Part shown: positions 55,950 to 63,958 of the stretch, one piece after another
How the letters are laid out: every line of letters begins with the position of its first letter
How positions within the stretch are numbered: the stretch's first letter is position 1
IMG/VR virus record: IMGVR_UViG_3300017912_002502
Location: 3,776-67,775 of that record
DNA length: 64,000 bases
Source of the DNA: a virus
Lineage: Duplodnaviria; Caudoviricetes
Reading direction: 5' to 3' (one strand)
Made by a program: the position numbers and the translations under genes
The notes under the pieces: generated by a model
Seen by the model: the letters and a program-made list of their open reading frames with translations, nothing else
Database searches by the model: none
What the model was told of the DNA's origin: nothing

Positions 55950-56749
55950 AAATAACTATTTTTGGTTATGGATTTGTAGGTCGAGCACATGAGATGGCTC
56001 TGTCGGTTCATGGGTTGCATGAGATTACAATCGTAGATCCGAAGTTCGAAGCATGGGATATTGGTAATCCTGAAGCGATTATTATCGCAGTGTCAACACC
56101 ACAAGGTAAATATGGTGCATGTGATATGACTAATGTATATGCTGCATTGGATGAATGTCCTCCAAATATTCCTATTCTGATCAAGTCAACTATATCTCTC
56201 GAGGGATGGGATCATATCTGTGAGCACTATCCTGAACACGAGGTTACATTCAGTCCTGAGTTTCTACGAGCAGACCATGCACTCGAGGATTTTAACAATA
56301 GAGAAAAAATGTTCTTTGGTGGTGGTGATGATTTATTCTGGGCAACTCTATTTTGGAAACAGGGTTGTGAAATGGTCAGACGCGATCCAGAAGAACTTAT
56401 CGTGATGAAATATACAATCAATAGTTTTCTGGCGACAAAGGTCGCCTTTCTCAATCAAATCTATGATATGTGTCAGAGTGCTGGTATAAATTATGATACA
56501 GTAAAAGATTTGATTGCAACCGACGAGCGTATCGGTCAGTCACATTTGGAAGTGACTCAAGAAAGGGGTTTCGGTGGACATTGCTTCCCGAAAGATACCA
56601 ATGCGCTCGTCCACTCTGGAGTAAAACAAGGAGTAGATCTTTCTATTTTAAAGTCTGCCATAGACTATAACGATGGTCTAAAGAATGTAAAACATATCAG
56701 TTACGCTTTAGAGGGTATAATGAAACGGTTTGAAAGAGATAAGAATTAA
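55946..56749 (+). CDS. UDP-glucose/GDP-mannose 6-dehydrogenase-like protein lacking the C-terminal domain
   Basis: GYGFVG, KSTI, SPEFL, KYTINSFLA and GFGGHCFPKD; only 267 aa. Confidence 0.85.
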   Translation: MKITIFGYGFVGRAHEMALSVHGLHEITIVDPKFEAWDIGNPEAIIIAVSTPQGKYGACDMTNVYAALDECPPNIPILIKSTISLEGWDHICEHYPEHEVTFSPEFLRADHALEDFNNREKMFFGGGDDLFWATLFWKQGCEMVRRDPEELIVMKYTINSFLATKVAFLNQIYDMCQSAGINYDTVKDLIATDERIGQSHLEVTQERGFGGHCFPKDTNALVHSGVKQGVDLSILKSAIDYNDGLKNVKHISYALEGIMKRFERDKN

Positions 56750-56752
56750 TGC

Positions 56753-56781
56753 TTGACATCTATAAAGGAGTAAAGTATAAT
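56753..56781 (+). promoter_or_regulatory. Consensus sigma70 promoter upstream of the modification operon
   Basis: TTGACA-17-TATAAT; the -10 overlaps the ATG of the 60-aa ORF. Confidence 0.8.
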
Positions 56782-56962
56782 GTTAACAAATTGGTGGCGT
56801 GTATGGGCGCAAAGTCTGGGCGAGAAGGTCGGCGATTCTGACCGTGAAGCAGACACTATTGCAATTATCCGTACCGTTTGGTGGCTCACACATATGGCGA
56901 CTTGCATCTTTATTATTCTAAATGCAATTGCTAATCATGGGTGGGGTTTGATTGGACTTTAA
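56780..56962 (+). CDS. Small conserved membrane protein
   Basis: AAGGAG SD; WRVWAQSLGEK...AIIRT; C-terminal TM. Confidence 0.6.
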   Translation: MLTNWWRVWAQSLGEKVGDSDREADTIAIIRTVWWLTHMATCIFIILNAIANHGWGLIGL

Positions 56963-56976
56963 TATGGGACTAAATT

Positions 56977-58281
56977 ATGGTAAAAGAACTTACAATTGAA
57001 AAAGTCGACTGTGAAGACAAACTAGGTAAATGGCTCGATGAGTCAACCTATGATCAAGTCATCACTGAAGACACTGACTTATATGCTCTCGATAAATTCG
57101 AGGCAAATGGTGAACACAATGTCATCTTCAAGTTTCGTAAAGGTGTATTCTCATCTCAGGAACAGCAAGATGCATATGATGGATTGGCTCCAGCTGCAAT
57201 TGAAACTCAGAATCGTGGGTTGGCTGCTGGACCACGTGCAGGGCAAAATGGCAAACGTGACTGGGTTACACCTCTACAAGAGGATATTCTAGACGCTATC
57301 TTTACCGCACCAGACTCGTCACTTGATGACGAGTTTGACGCGATTGAAAATGCTATTGCTAGACATAAACCAGATGAAGCTGGTCGTGGTCGTGTATGGT
57401 TACGCGACAACATCAAGAAAACAGGAGTTGAATACTCTGAATTCTTCGACTGGTGGCTCGACTCTGTTCGTCCACTATCTCCTGCAGAACGTAAAGTCGA
57501 AGCAAAGAGTATGGTCAAAAACTATATTTCAGATACATCATACGCGAATACAGTGAACTCTGGTATCGCTGGATGGTTCGATAGATATCCTCGGATTCCA
57601 TATGGTCGTGCTACAGCATACACTGAAAAGAATCCTGAACTATTCGCGAAGTCGTATCCATATCTGCAGACTCTGGCTCGTAAGTTTGAAGAGTTACTGC
57701 CTGAAAGATATGCAAGACAAAAAGCATTCACTGATCAGATCGATCCAGCGTTTGTTGTTCCTGAAACTCCTTACACAACACTAACAGTCAACAGGACATT
57801 CAGAACTGCTGCACATAGAGATGCTGGTGATTACACTGAAGGTTTCTCTAATATCAGTTGCATCTCTCCAGATGGTAAAAAAGGTTGGGATGGTTGTCTG
57901 TTTGTTCTACCTGAATATCGTATCGCAGTTGAGTTGCATCCAGGAGATCTCCTGCTTGTAAACAATCACGATGGTATTCACGGCAATACTGAAATCATTG
58001 GTGACGATCCTATCCGTATTTCGATCGTCGCATATGCTCGTGAGAAAATGGCTCTGCTTGGGTCATATGATTACGAGAATCTCAGACGTCAGTTCGTTGA
58101 TGACAGACGTTTGAATGAAGAACATCCCGAGTGGCGACCACTCTGGAATGGCGTATCTACTAAAATGTGGGATTCACAAGAGTGGTACGACTATCTCAGA
58201 GAGCGAGGTGGAGAAGAAATGCTGAACAAGTATCATCCGTCAGCATCCACAGGATCCGCATCACTCGAGGATTTGTTCTAA
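56977..58281 (+). CDS. Tet/JBP-family 2OG-Fe(II) DNA base dioxygenase
   Basis: TLTVN...TAAHRD (HxD), GDLLL...HGNT (distal H) and RISIVAYAREKM (2OG-binding RxS). Confidence 0.85.
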   Translation: MVKELTIEKVDCEDKLGKWLDESTYDQVITEDTDLYALDKFEANGEHNVIFKFRKGVFSSQEQQDAYDGLAPAAIETQNRGLAAGPRAGQNGKRDWVTPLQEDILDAIFTAPDSSLDDEFDAIENAIARHKPDEAGRGRVWLRDNIKKTGVEYSEFFDWWLDSVRPLSPAERKVEAKSMVKNYISDTSYANTVNSGIAGWFDRYPRIPYGRATAYTEKNPELFAKSYPYLQTLARKFEELLPERYARQKAFTDQIDPAFVVPETPYTTLTVNRTFRTAAHRDAGDYTEGFSNISCISPDGKKGWDGCLFVLPEYRIAVELHPGDLLLVNNHDGIHGNTEIIGDDPIRISIVAYAREKMALLGSYDYENLRRQFVDDRRLNEEHPEWRPLWNGVSTKMWDSQEWYDYLRERGGEEMLNKYHPSASTGSASLEDLF

Positions 58282-58928
58282 TGTGCGCAGTTATTGGCGC
58301 ATCTCTAGTCTCTCCCAGCAATCAAGACCTAGATCTGGTGAGAGATGTTTTTCTCGAATCTCGTATTCGAGGTTTGCATGCGACTGGTGTGTCGTATGTT
58401 AAACAAGGTAAGGTTGCCACTCTCATTAAACCTGTCCCTGCTCCTGACTTCTTCTCTCTCGTTGAAATGGAGCAATTTGTTAATGAGGATGGCAACCTTT
58501 ACCTGATAGGTCACTGTCGTTATTCAACCAGTGACCTTCGATTTAACCAACCCATACAAACTAATCCAGACTTGGCGATCGTACACAATGGTGTAGTGAC
58601 ACAGGAGTTACCACATAACTGGGAATATTTGTATGGTTATCAAACTGAGACAGCCAATGATAGTGAACTGATCAATAGAACACTAGAAGCTGGACTGAAT
58701 CCTCAAGATATCTGGGCAGACTCGTCATTATCTGTAATCGAGTTACGCTCTGATAAATCTATGAAAGCATATCGCAACGGAAAGCGACCACTATACAGAA
58801 CGCAGATGCACAACGGTACTATTTTCACATCAACGAAAGATATTGCCATCCGTGCTGGTCTGCCTGATAATCAAGAACTTATGGAAAATGGAGGAATAAA
58901 TGCTGACTTACAGCCCAGCTACTCGTGA
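58281..58928 (+). CDS. Stand-alone class II (Ntn) glutamine amidotransferase domain
   Basis: True start is the TAATG-coupled MCAVIG (Cys2 nucleophile); RGLHATG, GHCRYST, HNGV and NDSE. Confidence 0.85.
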   Translation: MCAVIGASLVSPSNQDLDLVRDVFLESRIRGLHATGVSYVKQGKVATLIKPVPAPDFFSLVEMEQFVNEDGNLYLIGHCRYSTSDLRFNQPIQTNPDLAIVHNGVVTQELPHNWEYLYGYQTETANDSELINRTLEAGLNPQDIWADSSLSVIELRSDKSMKAYRNGKRPLYRTQMHNGTIFTSTKDIAIRAGLPDNQELMENGGINADLQPSYS

Positions 58929-59553
58929 TGAGGTAGAACATTTATTACTCGTCTCGGAAGAAGGTAAGAACACTCGCTTCCTAAAATCATCACACAATCT
59001 GTGGTATCGTTTTAAAAACTATACAAAAGCACCACCACTCGCTGCACGTGAGGGTAATGATATTGTCGCTCTGATATTTGCCACATTCAATAAAGATGGT
59101 TACACGAATCTATATGAGATCGTTACAATGGAAGGTCATGAGGGTAAAGGATATGGCTCGAAGGTATGGGAATATTTCTTAGACTACGCAGTGAACCAGA
59201 AACAGAGTAAACGATTAAAGATATCTTGTACGCCATCATCAGTTACTTGGCATATGCGTAATGGTCTGGTGTTCTGGGCAGTCGATCCATCTGGTAGTTT
59301 ACGATCTGATCAGCCACTGTTTGCTACTCGAGGTGAGCAGTTGGAGTTTCGTGCGAAGGCGATTGTAACTCCGAGTATCGCCAAACCTACTAATCCTCGA
59401 GTGATAGAACAATTAAAGAAAGAAGCACCAGAGTCTCATGGCTTTGGTAAAAAGAAAATGAGTGCCACAGAGGAAGCAATTGCTGCTGTCGGCGAGTGTT
59501 GGTTACGCGATGCATTATATGAGGATGCATCTCTGGAGAGTCTGTTTGACTGA
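58900..59553 (+). CDS. GNAT acetyltransferase
   Basis: LYEIVT...EGKGYGS acetyl-CoA-binding motif A. Confidence 0.78.
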   Translation: MLTYSPATRDEVEHLLLVSEEGKNTRFLKSSHNLWYRFKNYTKAPPLAAREGNDIVALIFATFNKDGYTNLYEIVTMEGHEGKGYGSKVWEYFLDYAVNQKQSKRLKISCTPSSVTWHMRNGLVFWAVDPSGSLRSDQPLFATRGEQLEFRAKAIVTPSIAKPTNPRVIEQLKKEAPESHGFGKKKMSATEEAIAAVGECWLRDALYEDASLESLFD

Positions 59554-60565
59554 TTATAGAAAAAAAGAAAATCGTAGAGAAGCATTCAAGCGATGGTATG
59601 CTTGGTCATTGAAGCATGGTGATTGCGATCCAGCGATATGGCTCGGTAATTATCTGAACAAAAGATACGAACACAATGACGAACAGCGACTTTGGTTTGC
59701 TTGGTTATATGGTAACACATACTATCTCCCGACATCGTGGGTATTGATGAATGAGTTTCCTGATTATGAACTGGCTACATTCGATCGTATGGACGCATGG
59801 AACACAGAGAACTATAAGCGACTACGATATCAGACAGACACCAAGTGGAGCAAAGGACATCTAGCTGATATGTTTAAATCATACGAGGTATTTGTTACTC
59901 CTGCTCGTACACAACGCCAAGCTATCGAATCTTATTATGGTGATACAGAGGAACAGAACTTTGATAATCTCTGGACAGCATTCAAGGAAAAGCTGTATAA
60001 GTTTGGACGCTATTCCGTCTGGTTTTATATGCAACAATTGAAACACACAGCAGACGTAGCAATCGAACCAACCAGTCTGATGTTTAATGATTACTCTGGC
60101 TCTCGATCTCATCGTAATGGATGGCTATATGCATTGGGACAAGAACACAACGTGGATACAAGATTGACTCCTGCCGAGTATGATAGACTCGAAGCAGAGG
60201 GTACTGAACTGATCAAAGAAATGAAAGCTGAATATCCTGAACTATCCAAAGACATTAATTATTTCTCGATGGAAACCTGTCTGTGTTCATTCAAGAAGTT
60301 ATTTCGTAAGAATCATGGCAGATATCTGGGTTACTATCTGGACAGACAAGCTGAAGAGATATTGAAAGTCGAGCAAGATGGTTGGTCTGGTATCGAGTGG
60401 GAAGTTTTGTGGCAAGCAAGACGTGAATGTTTGGACTTGACTTTAGCTGGTAAAACAGGAATAATCAAAGAAAAATATGCATCGTTTATGAATACAGGCA
60501 GACTCGATAGACTTGAGATGATGTATCGTGACGAGAAAAAAGTGGAAGGAGTGTTACCATTATGA
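59546..60565 (+). CDS. alpha-glutamyl/putrescinyl-thymine pyrophosphorylase clade 2 (amino-group:DNA transferase)
   Basis: GDCDP, EQRLWFAWLYGNTY, KFGRYS, SRSHRNG and METCLCSFKK; TTG start with GGAG SD inferred. Confidence 0.78.
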   Translation: MTDYRKKENRREAFKRWYAWSLKHGDCDPAIWLGNYLNKRYEHNDEQRLWFAWLYGNTYYLPTSWVLMNEFPDYELATFDRMDAWNTENYKRLRYQTDTKWSKGHLADMFKSYEVFVTPARTQRQAIESYYGDTEEQNFDNLWTAFKEKLYKFGRYSVWFYMQQLKHTADVAIEPTSLMFNDYSGSRSHRNGWLYALGQEHNVDTRLTPAEYDRLEAEGTELIKEMKAEYPELSKDINYFSMETCLCSFKKLFRKNHGRYLGYYLDRQAEEILKVEQDGWSGIEWEVLWQARRECLDLTLAGKTGIIKEKYASFMNTGRLDRLEMMYRDEKKVEGVLPL

Positions 60566-61131
60566 GTACAGTAATTGCAATTGTCGGTGTTCCTGGAACT
60601 GGGAAGACGACATTAATGAAAGAGTTTCTTGAAATCCCCAGAGCATACGATGAATATTGGGAACTATCTAAACCAGTCGATCTGGTTGAAGGTCAGATAA
60701 ATGGCGATGTATTTGTTATGGGTAAGTATGAGGAAGGTGAAGTTTTTTCTGGTACTGATAGACTCTCAATGGCGGTTCAGCCAAAAGCAATTGAATATCT
60801 GCAGGGTGATCCAGCCAAGTTTGTATTATTCGAGGGAGATAGATTGACGACTGTATCATTCTTTCAAGCAGTCAAACAAGCTGGTCATACACTTCATATT
60901 ATTGAACTAACTATTCCAGATGAACTTCGAGAGCAGAGATATATAGATCGTGGTTCTGATCAGAGTGAGCAATTCATTCAATCAAGGTTCACAAAACTCA
61001 AAAACATACGCAGTGAATTCGGAAGTAATCTATTCGATGATGGTAACATTACATCATTCGAGCATAAGGATGTAGAGGACACTCATAAAGTATTAGACTT
61101 TATAATAGGAATTATCAATGAGCAAAGGTAG
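60562..61131 (+). CDS. P-loop kinase of the 5-hydroxymethyluracil DNA kinase type
   Basis: GVPGTGKT, GKY, GTDRLSM, EGDRL and R..RGSDQ; directly follows aGPT-PPlase2. Confidence 0.78.
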   Translation: MSTVIAIVGVPGTGKTTLMKEFLEIPRAYDEYWELSKPVDLVEGQINGDVFVMGKYEEGEVFSGTDRLSMAVQPKAIEYLQGDPAKFVLFEGDRLTTVSFFQAVKQAGHTLHIIELTIPDELREQRYIDRGSDQSEQFIQSRFTKLKNIRSEFGSNLFDDGNITSFEHKDVEDTHKVLDFIIGIINEQR

Positions 61132-61315
61132 CAGAAGAAGATTGCAACAAATAGCTGACGAACAGATGAGAGAAAACTGGGATAAGATATTCAGTCGTAA
61201 GAAAGATTTCGTAGAAAAGCAACAAGATCTAACCGAATTGAACGCTGATGGCAATCGTGACAGAGGTAGATACGGCGAAGATCTTAGTCAAAAAAGTTCT
61301 AAAAAAAGATCCTAA
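61118..61315 (+). CDS. Hypothetical protein
   Basis: MSKGSRRR...NWDKIF motif. Confidence 0.55.
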   Translation: MSKGSRRRLQQIADEQMRENWDKIFSRKKDFVEKQQDLTELNADGNRDRGRYGEDLSQKSSKKRS

Positions 61316-61331
61316 AATACAAAAATAATTG

Positions 61332-61359
61332 TTGACATTTATCTCTAATTAGGTATAAT
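61332..61359 (+). promoter_or_regulatory. sigma70-like early promoter
   Basis: TTGACA-16-TATAAT with an upstream A-tract. Confidence 0.75.
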
Positions 61360-61390
61360 ATCTGTATAGTTAATGAGAGAGGTAAATATT

Positions 61391-61750
61391 ATGGATAAAG
61401 CTATTGAAACCCTGATCGAGAAAATCAAAGATGATTACGCTCGGTTCATGCCAGTAACTGGTGAAAATGATACAAAAGACTCGATTCGCGAGAAAATGCA
61501 GAAAGAGTTTTTTGAAAACATTACCGTCAAAAAAGGTCGTAAATACACGAAAATTATCACTGGATCTTCTGTCTGGGGATTTATCGTGAACGCTGAAAAC
61601 GATCCTAAATTCAAACAAGGTGACATATTAAAAGCTGCTGGGTGGCAAATGCCTACTCGTAATCACTCGCGTGGTAATATCTTCGCTGAGAATTACTCGG
61701 TTGCTTGGACTGGACCACACTATATGGGTGATCCAAGGTTGGTCGCGTAA
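61391..61750 (+). CDS. Conserved early hypothetical protein
   Basis: GRKYTKI...VWGFI...GDILKAAGW..P..N..RGNI. Confidence 0.7.
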   Translation: MDKAIETLIEKIKDDYARFMPVTGENDTKDSIREKMQKEFFENITVKKGRKYTKIITGSSVWGFIVNAENDPKFKQGDILKAAGWQMPTRNHSRGNIFAENYSVAWTGPHYMGDPRLVA

Positions 61751-61887
61751 GTATGGAATTAGACAGAGCAATGGTGAACAGACACGATGAAATTGAAGTC
61801 GGAAGTAAACCTGTTCAGAAATCCAGAGAAGTAGCCACTGGATGCTCTGTCGCCCTTATTCACTTATTATATTATTGAGGAGTTATT

Positions 61888-62280
61888 ATGAAGCTAGTGA
61901 TTGATACCCAAATAAAAGAAAACTATGGTGCTCACACGTGGGATGGCGAGAGTGAATGTCCGCAGTATTGGAAATTCAAAGGTGGTCATACATACGTGGT
62001 TGAGAATGTTGATCAGTATGCTGGGATCTGTCATCCCTATATGGAACTCTCAGAACTCATCACGATGAAGGATGATTACTTCGAGGAATACTTGTTAGAT
62101 GCCTACGAAAAAGAGGACAATGAACAGGCTGGTGAAGACTGGGAACAGGAGTGGGTAAGGTATTGCACTCGTAACTTCTACGGTGAATGGATTTGTGAAG
62201 ACGCCAACGGTAGCTGGATTATCGGTAAAGATGGCGAAAAGATTGATTATAAAATGAAACAAAAACTGGAGGTGGCGTAA
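61888..62280 (+). CDS. Conserved acidic early hypothetical protein
   Basis: TQIKENYGAH...PQYWKFKGG. Confidence 0.7.
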   Translation: MKLVIDTQIKENYGAHTWDGESECPQYWKFKGGHTYVVENVDQYAGICHPYMELSELITMKDDYFEEYLLDAYEKEDNEQAGEDWEQEWVRYCTRNFYGEWICEDANGSWIIGKDGEKIDYKMKQKLEVA

Positions 62281-62624
62281 TGGCTTTAAAATATTGTGAT
62301 TATATTGCAGATGTGATCAAGAAATCGCTCTGTGCAGATGAAGGTCTGGTTTCGGAAGTTGGACATATACAGATGGATCTACATCCCGAAGAAGGATATT
62401 TTGTCTCTACGAAGAAAACAATACCAGTCAAAGATGTAAACGGTACATCTTATATCGTTACAGTGGAAGAGGATCTCGATGCTAAATCTTATCCGAAGGA
62501 CGAGGAAATCGCAGATTTGCTGGTGGAATTAGCAAGGAGAGCAGCGGATGATGATGATTATGAGGAAGGAATATTTCCGATTGCGACTGCTGCAGTAGAG
62601 AAACTGAGAGGAGATTATGTCTGA
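62280..62624 (+). CDS. Acidic hypothetical protein
   Basis: GGAGG SD and TAATG coupling. Confidence 0.6.
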   Translation: MALKYCDYIADVIKKSLCADEGLVSEVGHIQMDLHPEEGYFVSTKKTIPVKDVNGTSYIVTVEEDLDAKSYPKDEEIADLLVELARRAADDDDYEEGIFPIATAAVEKLRGDYV

Positions 62625-62839
62625 GTTTGAAGTGGTATTTGCGAGTATGACTGTAATTGCATTATGTCTCGTAGTAATGCATCATATGAATGACTAACCA
62701 CACTCTCCAAGCCATTTCTTTAGTCGTCATAAGCAGTCTGATGACAGCGATACTTGATGAAGCAGAGATGAGCAGATGGATGAAGTTTGGTTACTCGTTG
62801 AAGATCTACAAAAAAAGTGATAAAAGTGCAAAATAAGTG

Positions 62840-62867
62840 TTGACTTTTGCGAAGAATGTTGTAGATT
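62840..62867 (+). promoter_or_regulatory. sigma70-like early promoter
   Basis: TTGACT-16-TAGATT with an upstream A-tract. Confidence 0.55.
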
Positions 62868-62897
62868 AAGAGTATAGTTGATTGAAAGGAAAAAGCT

Positions 62898-63149
62898 ATG
62901 TTTATTATTGGTGCTAACGAAGGAACTCTTGAAATTCGTGGTGAAAACGGTGTAATTGCGGATGGTATTGCTACCGCGAAAACGCTGGTTTATAACCTAG
63001 AGAAAGCAGATATCGACCTTGATTTTGATGATGTTTACTTCTCCTCGAGTATGGATTTCGCTGATGAATATGGATTTGATACCTATGATGGTGCGAAAGA
63101 ACTCTGGGAAGAGGGAGCAAAACGGTGGTATGCGACTCGCGAGGGATAG
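62898..63149 (+). CDS. Acidic hypothetical early protein
   Basis: AAGGA SD; SSSMDFADEYGF motif. Confidence 0.6.
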   Translation: MFIIGANEGTLEIRGENGVIADGIATAKTLVYNLEKADIDLDFDDVYFSSSMDFADEYGFDTYDGAKELWEEGAKRWYATREG

Positions 63150-63204
63150 GCAAAGTTCTATACTTGAACTCTCGAGGGTGAAATGCTAGGAAATACTGTG
63201 GATC

Positions 63205-63270
63205 CTAATTCACGGAGAAATGCAGATGGCGATGCCGAGACGAGCGAAAATGTCTCGAGCCACGAGCCAT
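63205..63270 (-). other. Possible 21-aa leaderless peptide or 5' part of an sRNA
   Basis: MARGSRHFRSSRHRHLHFSVN begins 5 nt after a minus-strand TATAAT. Confidence 0.25.
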
Positions 63271-63275
63271 CTCTC

Positions 63276-63304
63276 ATTATAGCACACTCCACGACAGAAG
63301 TCAA
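63276..63304 (-). promoter_or_regulatory. Minus-strand sigma70 promoter
   Basis: Reverse complement reads TTGACT-17-TATAAT. Confidence 0.65.
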
Positions 63305-63338
63305 CACAAAAAAACACAAAAAAGATGCAAAATAATGC

Positions 63339-63367
63339 TTGACTTCTTGGAGTGACTCTCATATAAT
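63339..63367 (+). promoter_or_regulatory. sigma70-like early promoter
   Basis: TTGACT-17-TATAAT, back-to-back with the minus-strand promoter. Confidence 0.75.
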
Positions 63368-63429
63368 AGGGTGTCGCCCTTTGAGAGAGAGACGAAAAGA
63401 ATTTTAAACGTAACAGAGAGAGGTAAATT

Positions 63430-63552
63430 ATGAGTTGTAACGTAAATGAAATCTTCCTAGAGCAGAAGTTCGAGGAAGGATTGGCACTCGGTATGTCGGA
63501 AGCTGAAGCGGAAGCATACGCCAACAAATGCTTTGAAGAGCAAGGAGTATAG
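63430..63552 (+). CDS. 40-aa acidic early protein (not in ORF track)
   Basis: GAGAGGTAAATTATG leader; translates MSCNVNEIFLEQKFEE... Confidence 0.55.
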   Translation: MSCNVNEIFLEQKFEEGLALGMSEAEAEAYANKCFEEQGV

Positions 63553-63814
63553 CATGGAAAATCTAAAGCTAATATTAGAAAACCCTAATACCCAAACTGA
63601 GATAGTTCTTGGTTTCGTTGCGAATGAGGACGAAGCTAACGAGATGATAGAGGACATCGAGGAAAAGTGGCTTACAGTAGTTGACGCTAATCTAGAAAGA
63701 GCACCACTGGAGCAAATAACCGATGATCCTGTGTTACTCGAGTGGGAAGGTAGCGAAATCTACTATGTCAATCCAGACAATGAAAGGGTTTATTTTTAGG
63801 AGTATAGCATGGAA
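63543..63814 (+). repeat. 17-bp direct repeat of an RBS/start module
   Basis: AGGAGTATAGCATGGAA at 63543-63559 and 63798-63814. Confidence 0.8.
63554..63799 (+). CDS. Highly acidic early protein
   Basis: AGGAG SD; strongly D/E-rich. Confidence 0.6.
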   Translation: MENLKLILENPNTQTEIVLGFVANEDEANEMIEDIEEKWLTVVDANLERAPLEQITDDPVLLEWEGSEIYYVNPDNERVYF

Positions 63815-63958
63815 GAGTATTTCGAATTCTTGGATGACCTACGCGAGACAGGAGACATTAATATGTTTGGTGCTGCTCCACATCTCGCTGCCATGTTTGA
63901 CCTTGACAAGTACGAGTCGAGAGAGATCCTCTCTGCTTGGATGAAAGAAAGGAGTTGA
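63809..63958 (+). CDS. 49-aa conserved phage protein (not in ORF track)
   Basis: FLDDLRETGDINMFGAAPHL...ILSAWM. Confidence 0.6.
   Translation: MEEYFEFLDDLRETGDINMFGAAPHLAAMFDLDKYESREILSAWMKERS

Noticed and set aside
58167-58280. 38-aa N-terminal extension of the amidotransferase given by the ORF track
   Set aside because: It would bury the Cys nucleophile and overlap the Tet/JBP gene; the TAATG-coupled start at 58281 fits the Ntn family
62690-62836. Possible frameshifted small ORF (MTNHTLQ... switching to DEQMDEVWLLVEDLQKK)
   Set aside because: The unshifted frame is also open to a stop at 62836; this cannot be distinguished without homologs
168-63657. Numerous minus-strand and nested track ORFs of 60-197 aa (e.g. 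28690..29283, 33572..34036)
   Set aside because: They are shadows of strongly supported plus-strand genes, with no RBS, promoter or motif; the Phe/Leu-rich ones mirror Lys-rich sense genes
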